A stretch of DNA of 64,000 bases from Candidatus Eiseniibacteriota bacterium (GTDB lineage Bacteria > Eisenbacteria > RBG-16-71-46 > JABDJR01). The stretch covers positions 1,568,001-1,632,000 of the forward strand of contig CAVXKA010000001.1 in NCBI GenBank assembly GCA_963762255.1. The letters are read 5' to 3'. Positions 49,450 through 57,672 of this stretch are shown in pieces. Each line of letters opens with the position of its first letter. Positions within the stretch are counted from its first letter, which is position 1. The notes below the pieces were generated by a model. That model saw only the letters and a program-made list of their open reading frames with translations, was not told the origin of the DNA and searched no databases. Position numbers and translations under genes: made by a program.

Positions 49450-50187
49450 ATGAAGATCACCACGTTCGATCTCAATCGCCGCTATCCGATCGATCTCGTC
49501 GAGACCGTCCGTGCTCTGTTGCGTCGCCTTCCACCTGAGCACTACGCGGGGATCTCGCGCATCACGCTCTCCGGCGGGGCGCCGCTCGAGGAGCGCGCGG
49601 ACGAGGAGATCCTCGGCCAGTACTTCGAGGCCTACGAGGGCGAGCCCGCGTTCATCATGCTCTATCCCGAGGAAATGGCGCGCGAGGTGCCGCGCTTCCT
49701 GCGGCCGTTCCCGCTGGTGTGGCGGGTGCTCCTCGCCGAGAGCCTCTACCATGAGGTCGGTCATCACTACCAGCGCTTCACCCACGGCATTCGCAAGCCG
49801 GTGCAGGAGGACCACGCCGAGGGTTACGGCAAACGCCACGCGCGGGCATGCTATCCCGGCGTGTACCGCACGCTCCAGGGGTGGAAGTGGATGCATCATC
49901 GCGCGAACCGCGTTCGCGCGCGTTGGATCGAAGTGCGGCGCCGGCGGGGCAGGGCTTCCGCCGCCGATCTCTACGAGCTGGGGCGGATCTACTGGGAGGA
50001 CCGCAAGTGGCCTCTGGTGGTCTCGGCGTGGGAAGACGCGCTGGCGCGCGATCCTCAATACACAGAGGCACGGGAGTGGCTGCCGCGGGCGAAGCGCCTT
50101 CTGCAGGCCGAGACGCGCCGGCGCGCGGCGCGGACCGGGCGTCGTAAGGCGGCGCGCCGGCCGGGTCGGGGCCGGAAGCGGCCGTGA
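49450..50187 (+). CDS. HEXXH metallopeptidase-like protein with TPR and basic tail
   Basis: LYHEVGHH...QEDHAEGY; YELG..Y...W..AL..DP TPR; Arg/Lys-rich end. Confidence 0.65.
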   Translation: MKITTFDLNRRYPIDLVETVRALLRRLPPEHYAGISRITLSGGAPLEERADEEILGQYFEAYEGEPAFIMLYPEEMAREVPRFLRPFPLVWRVLLAESLYHEVGHHYQRFTHGIRKPVQEDHAEGYGKRHARACYPGVYRTLQGWKWMHHRANRVRARWIEVRRRRGRASAADLYELGRIYWEDRKWPLVVSAWEDALARDPQYTEAREWLPRAKRLLQAETRRRAARTGRRKAARRPGRGRKRP

Positions 50188-51107
50188 GGGCGAAGAAGAC
50201 TTCGGCTGGAGCACGTGCGGGTGCGGCGGACCGGCAAGCGCGCGCCGCGGAGATCCTCACCCGGCTCAAGCGCGAGTACCCGGCGCCTCGGTGCGCGCTC
50301 GACCACGTCGACGCGTTTCAGCTATTGATCGCCACCATCCTGAGCGCGCAGTGCACAGACGAGCGCGTGAACATGGTGACCCCCGCGCTGTTCAAGCGAT
50401 TTCCGACCGCTCGCGCGATGGCCGCCGCCGATTCCGCCGAGCTGGAGGAGTTGATCCGCTCGACCGGGTTCTATCGCAACAAGACGAAGTCGATCCTGGG
50501 CGCGTCGGTGCGCATCACCGAGGTGTTCGGCGGGAAGGTGCCGCAGACGATGGAGGATCTGCTCACGCTGCCGGGTGTGGCGCGCAAGACCGCGAACGTG
50601 GTACTTGGATCGGCGTTCGGCATGAACGAAGGCGTGGTGGTGGACACCCACGTGCAGCGGCTCTCGCAGCGAATGGGGCTCTCGAAGGAGCACGATCCGG
50701 CGAAGGTGGAGCAGGATCTCATGGCGCTGTTTCCGCGTGAGGAGTGGACCGATCTCAGCCATCGCCTGATCCTGCACGGGCGGCAGGTCTGCAACGCGCG
50801 GTTGCCTCGCTGCGAGGCATGCGTGCTGGGGCCGGATGCATGTCCGTCGTATCAGCCGGAGGCTGCGCGCTGGAAGTCGGGGAAGGCGGAGCGGGCCAGG
50901 AAGAGCGCGAGCCGGATGGTGGGGAATCGCGGGGACGGCGGTCACGGGCGGCGCGGGGAAGAAGGTTGCCGCGAAGAAGCCCGCTGCCAAGAAGACGCCC
51001 TCCCGACGGCGTGGCGACGGTTAACACGCACGATTTTACCCGGGTACACGCGGGGCAAATGCCGAATGATCACCCGGGTGAGCATTGCGCGCGATGACCG
51101 GGGATGA
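50184..51107 (+). CDS. nth: endonuclease III (true stop probably 51024 after a +1 frameshift in the tail)
   Basis: LIATILSAQCTDERVN, LPGVARKTANVV, VDTHV, C-x6-C-x2-C-x6-C FeS motif. Confidence 0.93.
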   Translation: MRAKKTSAGARAGAADRQARAAEILTRLKREYPAPRCALDHVDAFQLLIATILSAQCTDERVNMVTPALFKRFPTARAMAAADSAELEELIRSTGFYRNKTKSILGASVRITEVFGGKVPQTMEDLLTLPGVARKTANVVLGSAFGMNEGVVVDTHVQRLSQRMGLSKEHDPAKVEQDLMALFPREEWTDLSHRLILHGRQVCNARLPRCEACVLGPDACPSYQPEAARWKSGKAERARKSASRMVGNRGDGGHGRRGEEGCREEARCQEDALPTAWRRLTRTILPGYTRGKCRMITRVSIARDDRG

Positions 51108-51151
51108 AGCGCACTCGAGTGATCGGCGCACGCGACCCCAGCCGACCTCCG

Positions 51152-52279
51152 TTACCTCCCGCCGAACCGCAGCTTCTCGGACAGCGCCCCCATCACGCGT
51201 GCGATCGCGGTCACCTCGGCCGCGCTGCTCGCCGCGCAGGCCGCGTTCAGGTCCACGGAGGGATCGAAGAAGAACGCCGGGCTGATCGGCACGTAGTCCA
51301 CCGTCGCGCCGCGGTCGGGATCGTCGACGCCGTCCAGGATGCGCGAGAGGCCGATCTCCTGGACCGAGAAATCGCTTCCCCAGTAGTTCCCCTCAACGGC
51401 AAGCGGTGTCGCCAGGTGCGGCTGATAGTTCGCCACCGCGAGGTCGGCGTCCCCGTTCCAGTAGAGGTCGTTCTCCGTGAAGTCGGGAACGGCGCCGCTC
51501 TCCAACAGGACCCCCAGCGACGAATTCGATCGCATGGCGTTTCCGGCCATGAGTGGTGTGACGTCTCGCAGCGCCCAGAACCCGATGCGATTCCGGCACA
51601 TGACGTTGGTGTCGTAGATGGGCGTGCCGATGCCGTCGGCGACCATGCCGACGTCGCAGCCGCGAATGAGATTCGCTCCGTACGCGCCGCCGGATGTTTC
51701 GTTGAGGACCCCGATGGAGTCCGCGTCCTCCACGAGGTTGCCTATCACGTACGGCTGCGCCGCCTGGCGCACGTGGATGCCCACCCGCCCGCGGTTGAAC
51801 CGGTCGCCGATGAGTTCGCCGGCGAGCGCCACGATCAGGGCACCGGTGTCGTAGTCGTCGAAGACGAAGTTCTCCAGGATCGTGCTGTTGCCGACCGAGT
51901 CCATCACCACGCCGATGACGCCGGGCTCGCCGGTCGTGTCGCGAAGCACGACCGATCCCGCCGAGCCCTCGCCGAGTACGCGCACGCCGTCCTTCATGAA
52001 CAGCGAGGCGCGCACCGAGTCGCCGTCGACCGAGAGCGCGCGAATCTCCGAGCCGAAATACGTCCCCGGTCGAACCAACACCAGTTCCCCCGCGAGCGCG
52101 GCGTCCACCGCGGCCTGCGGTGTGGGGAAGTCGGTCGGAACCACGATCGCGTCGATCGGAGTTGAAGTCTTGTCGTCCGTGCATCCGATGAAGGGCGCGA
52201 GAAGGGTGACGCCGGCGAGGATGAGCATCCCGATAGCTGTGAACGGGGGAGTGGCGGAGGGTCGTGAGGTCATGCGCAT
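51152..52279 (-). CDS. right-handed parallel beta-helix lipoprotein
   Basis: FIG-C lipobox; VPTDFPT.QAAVDAA..G..V.V.PGTY; repeated N...GI...P...N coils; NYWG. Confidence 0.8.
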   Translation of the reverse strand: MRMTSRPSATPPFTAIGMLILAGVTLLAPFIGCTDDKTSTPIDAIVVPTDFPTPQAAVDAALAGELVLVRPGTYFGSEIRALSVDGDSVRASLFMKDGVRVLGEGSAGSVVLRDTTGEPGVIGVVMDSVGNSTILENFVFDDYDTGALIVALAGELIGDRFNRGRVGIHVRQAAQPYVIGNLVEDADSIGVLNETSGGAYGANLIRGCDVGMVADGIGTPIYDTNVMCRNRIGFWALRDVTPLMAGNAMRSNSSLGVLLESGAVPDFTENDLYWNGDADLAVANYQPHLATPLAVEGNYWGSDFSVQEIGLSRILDGVDDPDRGATVDYVPISPAFFFDPSVDLNAACAASSAAEVTAIARVMGALSEKLRFGGR

Positions 52280-52288
52280 ACCAAGACG

Positions 52289-53230
52289 CTACAGCGTGCG
52301 GAGGGCTCCGGGCAAGCACGAGAGTTCCACCACGCGGGCGTCGTGGCCGAGAAACTCGCCGTCGGTGTAGACCGGGATGCTCTCGGGGGCCTCGACCCGC
52401 GCGGTCGCAAAGCGGCTTGTGTGCACCCGCCGCGAACGCAGGTGGCTCCCGCGGAAGGTACGGGGGAGAAGCCAGAGCACGCGCACGAGGCCCATGGCGT
52501 CGACCCGCACGAGATCGAGCGCTCCATCGTCGATCCGTGCGTCTGGGGCAAGTAGAAACGCGCCCCCCACGCGCCGGCCGTTGACGGCGGCGAGCATCGA
52601 GACCGTGCCGTCGAACGCGGCGCCTTCGCCGGGCCCGTGCGAGACGCCCGTCGTGCCAACGGTGCCCGCGTGCTCGACGGAGATCCGCACCCCGTACGAA
52701 CGGAACCGGGGCAGCGTCTTCACAAGGGCTACCAGGTAGAGGAGCGGCCCCTTGATCGCGTGACGGCCGCTGCTGGCCGCGTTGACCAGCGCCTCGAAGC
52801 CGAACCCGACGTTGTTATGGAAACGGCACGAAACTGTGCGGCCGCCGGGAAAGGTCGCGGTGAGCTCGCCAAGGTCGATCCGCGTTTCCCGAGCGGCGCG
52901 CACGCGATCGAGGCAGGCATCGAGATCCCGCGGCCACCCGGTCATCCACGCGAAGTCGTTGCCGCTTCCCCACGGAATCACGGCAAGGCGGTGCCGGCCG
53001 AGGTCCAGCGCCTGAATCGTCTCGTGGAGCGTGCCGTCGCCTCCGACCACCATCACGGTATCGAAATCGGCACCGCGCTCGCGCACGATCTGCGCTGCAT
53101 GGCCGGGGCGTTCGGTGAGGACGATCTCGTGATCGAGCCCGCGCGCGGTCATCGCGTCCGAGACGGTTTGCGGGTCGCGATGCGCACGGCCGCGTCCCGC
53201 CGCCGGGTTGAACACGACGAGATGGCGCAG
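52289..53230 (-). CDS. diacylglycerol/lipid kinase family protein (YegS/DagK)
   Basis: NPAAG, GGDGT, P.GSGNDFA, DDG.LD, DGE; probable CTG start after AAGGA. Confidence 0.88.
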   Translation of the reverse strand: MRHLVVFNPAAGRGRAHRDPQTVSDAMTARGLDHEIVLTERPGHAAQIVRERGADFDTVMVVGGDGTLHETIQALDLGRHRLAVIPWGSGNDFAWMTGWPRDLDACLDRVRAARETRIDLGELTATFPGGRTVSCRFHNNVGFGFEALVNAASSGRHAIKGPLLYLVALVKTLPRFRSYGVRISVEHAGTVGTTGVSHGPGEGAAFDGTVSMLAAVNGRRVGGAFLLAPDARIDDGALDLVRVDAMGLVRVLWLLPRTFRGSHLRSRRVHTSRFATARVEAPESIPVYTDGEFLGHDARVVELSCLPGALRTL

Positions 53231-53232
53231 GG

Positions 53233-54921
53233 TCAGTCCTTGCGAAGCGATGTCTCGACCTGGGTCGCCACCGCTTCTGCATGGCGGCGCGCCTCGGAGA
53301 CCGCCACGTGGGCCTTGGCCGCGATCCCGGAGGCCCACGCATCGTCCCCGTCGAGGTTGTTCAGGTTGATGAGCACGTTGTAGTAGGCGCCCTCGGCGGC
53401 GGTCCGCGCGGCAAGCGCCGCGACTCCCGCGTCGCTCACCGAGTTGGGATTGCCCTTCATTGCCACCTCCCGCGCGAGATTCAGCACGGGGAGCGCGCGC
53501 TCGAGAACGGCCAGCGGCACGAGGGTGGCGCCTCGGTTCGCTTCACGCAGCGCGATCGCCTTGCGCTCCTTCTCTTCGTCCGTGCCGGAGGGGAGACGGA
53601 TCGCATCCATGACCTTCTTGAAGGCGTCGGTGTCCTCGTCCACCGCGCGCAGGAACGCGTCTTTCTCGCCCTGCCCGCGATCGGCGATGTCGATCATCTC
53701 CTCCCACACGGATTCCTGCCCCTTGCGACCCACGGTGAGGTTGGCCACCATCGCGGCGAGCGCGGCGGCGAGCGCGCCGCAGAGCGCGGCCACGCTGCCG
53801 CCGCCGGGAGCGGGGGAGTCGGTCGAGAGCTCGTCCACGAAGCCCGGTCACGGTGCGCTCCACGAGGAGCTTCTTTCCCTGGTCGCGCAGAAGCCGGTAC
53901 TCGATGATCTTCTCGTCGGGGTCGAACGGTGCGATCTCGCGGAGCCCCAACGATTGGATCGCGGTCTCCACGAGTTGTCGCTCCGGAATGCCGGTGGACC
54001 GCTTCTGCCTGCGCAGATAGTGCCGCCCCGCCATGAGCATCGCCTCGAGCGGGATCAGGCCGACCAACTCGCGAGCCGGTCGCGCGCAGGCCCGCGCGCG
54101 CGCGCTTCCTCTTCGCAGGCGTCGAACGCCGCATGCGGCGGCGAGACTGTGTAGTCGACGAGGTTCATGGAGATCTGCGCGCGGTCGTACTCTTCGATGA
54201 ACCAGCCCACTCCCTTCACCGCCCTCAAGCGGCCGGGAACCTTGACCGAGCTGCCGTCCGGATGACGCACGATTTCGCCGCCGGCGTCGCGCTTGGCGCG
54301 GCCTCCTTCGCGCACGGCGAAGGCGACGTCGTTGGCGAGGCGACGATCGCGCGTGTTCAGGTTCACGTTGTAGGCGATGAGGAACTGGCGCGCGCCGATC
54401 ACGGTGGCGCCGCTCTTGGCGTTGAACGTGGCGGGTCCGAAGTCGGGCTTCCACTCGGGATCGGCGAGCTTCTGCGCGAGCGCCTCGTACTCGCCCTTGC
54501 GGACGTCGGCGAGGTTGCGCCGCTCGGGGCGCGAAGCCGCGCATTCGTAGAGGTAGACGGGAATGCCCAGCTCGTCGCCCACGCGCTTGCCGAGCCGGCG
54601 CGCGAGCTCGGCGCACTCCTCCATCGTGATGCCGGAGATCGGCACGAACGGGCAGACGTCGGTGGCGCCCATGCGCGGGTGTTCGCCGCTATGCGTGCGC
54701 ATGTCGATCAGGAGCGCCGCGGCCTTGATGCCCTGAAAGGCGGCCTCGACCACCGCATCCGGCGTGCCGACCAGCGTCACCACGGTGCGGTTGGTGGCCT
54801 GGCCGGGGTCCACGTCGAGGACCGCCGCCCCCTCGACGGCGCCGAGAGCGCGGGTGATCTGGTCGATGACGGACTTGTTGCGTCCTTCGCTGAAGTTGGG
54901 GACGCACTCGACGATGGGCAT
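53233..54921 (-). CDS. ftcD: glutamate formiminotransferase / formiminotetrahydrofolate cyclodeaminase (three +1 frameshifts near 54092, 54071, 53843)
   Basis: ECVPNFSEGR, HPRMGATDVCPF, GAR.FLIAYN, QISMNL; ELVGLIP...FDP..KIIEY in another frame; SPAPGGGSVAA...NVLINL back in the first frame. Confidence 0.9.
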
Positions 54922-54969
54922 GCGCGGGCTCCTTGGTGTCGGACGCCGTGGTTGGCGAACCGGCCACGG

Positions 54970-54998
54970 AGTCTAGGAAACGCCCCAAGGGGGGTCAA
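54970..54998 (-). promoter_or_regulatory. putative sigma70 promoter for ftcD operon
   Basis: TTGACC-17 bp-TAGACT on the minus strand. Confidence 0.65.
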
Positions 54999-55054
54999 GG
55001 CGGCGTTGCGCGGGCGCGCGGAGGGGCAACGAGTCGAGCACCGGCCTGCGGCGG

Positions 55055-56119
55055 TCAGTCGAGGGCGCGGATCGGCACCGGGACGAGCGCGATGGGACCG
55101 TCCCCGGCCAGGAAATCGTCCACGATGGTTCCGTTTGCGAGGTCCACCACCACGACCGCATCGAGATCGAAGTTGGCGGCGTAGAGGCGGCCCTGAACCA
55201 GCGCGAGCGCGGAGTAGCCTGACTCGGGCAAGAGAGGATTTGCCGTCGTGCGCAGCGCGTTGAAGCCGGCGGTGTCGTAGGCGAGGATCCCGCCGTAGAA
55301 CCCGGCGAGGTAGGCCGTGCCGTCCAGCGCGAGCGCCACGCGCTGCGGCGATCCTCCGAGCAGAAGGGTGTCGCGAACCGCGGAGTAGTCCGCCTCCAGG
55401 CGCACCACGCGGCCGGTGACGTCGCTGAAGTTACCCGTACACACGACGTGCAAACGCGCGTCGGCGCCGGTGAAGATCGTCTGCGGGTTGGGGGGCACGG
55501 CGAGGCGCACTCGCTCGGCGAGAGTGCTCTTGGTGAGCACGACCACCGTGCCGTTGCCGAACGCGCCGATCGTGCCCTCGAACCCGGTCAGGCTCACCGC
55601 GACCTCGGTGGGGCCGACCCAGAGGCCTTCGAGACCGGAGCCCACCGCCACGCGACGCAGCACGTTGCGAGCGTCGAGATCGATCTCGAGCAGCTCGCCG
55701 CTCAGGAAGCAGGTCACCCAGGCGCGGCGCGGATTCGCGGGATCCACTGCGAACTCCCACGGATTGGAGCCCGTGCCGGTGCCGATGCAGCCGACGGTCA
55801 GCCCGCTCGCGAGGTCCACCACGGAGATCGTGTTGTCGCCGGAGTTCACCATGTAGAGATAGTCGCCCACGACGTCGAGGTCGTTGGGCGCGCGCCCGGT
55901 GAGCCCGCGCTCCGCGAGAGGCGCGAGATCCGCCGTGTCGAGCCGCGCGGCCAGCCAATCCTCGCCGAGCGAGTTCGCCACCACGAGGTAGGCGCGTGTC
56001 GCCTCCAGTGCCGGACCTTGATCGTTCAATGTGGGGCAGAGCGTACCGGGCTTCTCCGTGCCGGAAGAGCATCCCACGACAAGCAGCGCCGCTGCGAGCA
56101 TCCATGCGTGCATCCTCAT
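55055..56119 (-). CDS. YncE/BtuG-like beta-propeller lipoprotein
   Basis: VVG-C lipobox; LY.VNSGDNTISVVDL and other YVTN-like blades; last gene of the B12-riboswitch operon. Confidence 0.8.
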   Translation of the reverse strand: MRMHAWMLAAALLVVGCSSGTEKPGTLCPTLNDQGPALEATRAYLVVANSLGEDWLAARLDTADLAPLAERGLTGRAPNDLDVVGDYLYMVNSGDNTISVVDLASGLTVGCIGTGTGSNPWEFAVDPANPRRAWVTCFLSGELLEIDLDARNVLRRVAVGSGLEGLWVGPTEVAVSLTGFEGTIGAFGNGTVVVLTKSTLAERVRLAVPPNPQTIFTGADARLHVVCTGNFSDVTGRVVRLEADYSAVRDTLLLGGSPQRVALALDGTAYLAGFYGGILAYDTAGFNALRTTANPLLPESGYSALALVQGRLYAANFDLDAVVVVDLANGTIVDDFLAGDGPIALVPVPIRALD

Positions 56120-57672
56120 CGCGACCTCACGATCCGGCCGAGAGGCATCCAGGCTCTGCCTGCATCGTCCCATCCGAAAACGAAATACACCCCGGCGGGC
56201 ACGGATCGACCGGAGGCGTCGCGCCCGTCCCAGGTGACGCGGCCTTCGCGCGCGGCCAGCGTCGATCGCTCGCGCCCCAGCGCATCGACCACACGCACTC
56301 GGGACACGCTTGGCGTAAGCGCGCTCACGGTCACCGACGCGGCAAACGGGTTCGGCCAGGCGCGGGCCGCCGGAGGCGGATGCAGATCCTGCGTCGCCGT
56401 CGTCGATCCCTGCTCGGCGCGAAAGTAGATCTCGGCGTTGCCGTGGCGGGCGTCCTGCCAGAGCACGAAGACACGACCCGCGCGGTCGGTGAGCATGGAT
56501 GGGCGCGACGATTTCCCCGAGCCGTCGCTCAATCGCGTGTCCGACGCGCCGGTGGAATCCCACGCGGAGCCGGCAGCGATCGCCTGGTAGAAGATTTCGC
56601 GGTTGAATACGGAGACGCGCGCGTCCTGCCACGTCAGATGGCGGCGTCCTTCGGCGTCGATTGCGAGCGCGGGCTCCTCGGCGCCTACACCGCCGGGGGA
56701 GACACGGCGCGGAGGCCCCCAGGCGCCGCCGGCCGGGCGCTCGCGCAAGTAGACCGCCTTGTCGCCACCGCGGGCGTCGGCCCATGCGGCAACCACGGTG
56801 CCGTCGCTCGCCACTGCCAGCGTTGCTCCGTCGGCGGAGACACCGGGAGGGGAGAGGGCGACCTGCGCGCCCCACGCACCGGCCGCACTGCGCTCGCGGT
56901 AGAGGATGCGATACGAGCCGTCGGTATTGTCGCGCCACGCAAGATGCAGTGAGCCGTCTGGACCCGCGACCAGCGCCGCGAACTGGGAATCGCCGGGATT
57001 CGCTGTGACGTTCAGGTCCGGCGCGTCGCCCGGCGCCACGTTCCACATGCCGTCCTCGCGCGACTTGAACAGGATCTCCCCGGCATCGTTATCGAAACGA
57101 TAGTCGTACCATGCGACATGGGCCACGCCGTCCGTGTCGACCGCCACGGTCGGTACGTACGAGTTGTCGCCGTTCGTCTCCGGATGCTGCGATGTGGTCA
57201 GACGCAACTCGCTGGTGGAATCTCCCCACGCCGCGCCCGGTGGGCGCACCTTCGTGAAGAGTTCGAGGTTCTGAATGCCGGCCGCACGGTAGTCGTGCCA
57301 CACCATGAGCAGCGTGTCTCCGGCAAGATATGCGAGCGCGGGGAACTTGGCGCCCAGCCCGGTCCCGACGTAGGACGGCAGGTAATCCACCGCCAGCTCC
57401 AGCGATCCCCAGGCTCCGGTCACCTCACGCGTGCGCGTGTAGATCCGGAAGTTGTTGTTCGGGCCGTCCTGTTCGGCCCACGCCGCGGTGAGACGGCCCC
57501 ACGAATCGACGGCAAGCGCGCCGTGGTTGAGCCCGGTCTCACTCACGGTGCCAGCCGTGGTGATCCTCTCCTCGGGACCCCACTCCAGGGCATGCGCGGA
57601 TGCCGGGAACGACGCGCCGAGTGCCGTTGCCGCAAGCATAAGACCCATCGTGGCGAGCAGAGCGCGTCTCAC
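56116..57672 (-). CDS. secreted repeat (propeller-like) protein with FlgD/T9SS-like CTD
   Basis: Signal peptide AHA|L; about 7 repeats P.[LV]A....G..H..W.D.R...EI[FY]; AWPNPF...DALGR...WDGRDASGRSVPAGVYF. Confidence 0.8.
   Translation of the reverse strand: MRRALLATMGLMLAATALGASFPASAHALEWGPEERITTAGTVSETGLNHGALAVDSWGRLTAAWAEQDGPNNNFRIYTRTREVTGAWGSLELAVDYLPSYVGTGLGAKFPALAYLAGDTLLMVWHDYRAAGIQNLELFTKVRPPGAAWGDSTSELRLTTSQHPETNGDNSYVPTVAVDTDGVAHVAWYDYRFDNDAGEILFKSREDGMWNVAPGDAPDLNVTANPGDSQFAALVAGPDGSLHLAWRDNTDGSYRILYRERSAAGAWGAQVALSPPGVSADGATLAVASDGTVVAAWADARGGDKAVYLRERPAGGAWGPPRRVSPGGVGAEEPALAIDAEGRRHLTWQDARVSVFNREIFYQAIAAGSAWDSTGASDTRLSDGSGKSSRPSMLTDRAGRVFVLWQDARHGNAEIYFRAEQGSTTATQDLHPPPAARAWPNPFAASVTVSALTPSVSRVRVVDALGRERSTLAAREGRVTWDGRDASGRSVPAGVYFVFGWDDAGRAWMPLGRIVRSR

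Noticed and set aside
51030-51150. Palindromic segments (ACCCGGGT, TCACCCGGGTGA) between convergent genes
   Set aside because: Short GC-rich palindromes without a U-tract; too weak to call a terminator or operator.
53233-54921. ftcD as separate transferase and cyclodeaminase genes, or programmed frameshifting
   Set aside because: The linking protein sequence is recoverable across frames and the net shift is +3; best explained by three insertion errors.
51152-54921. ftcD block as part of the B12-regulated operon
   Set aside because: It has its own good TTGACC-17-TAGACT promoter in a 133-bp gap; read-through is not excluded but nothing supports it.
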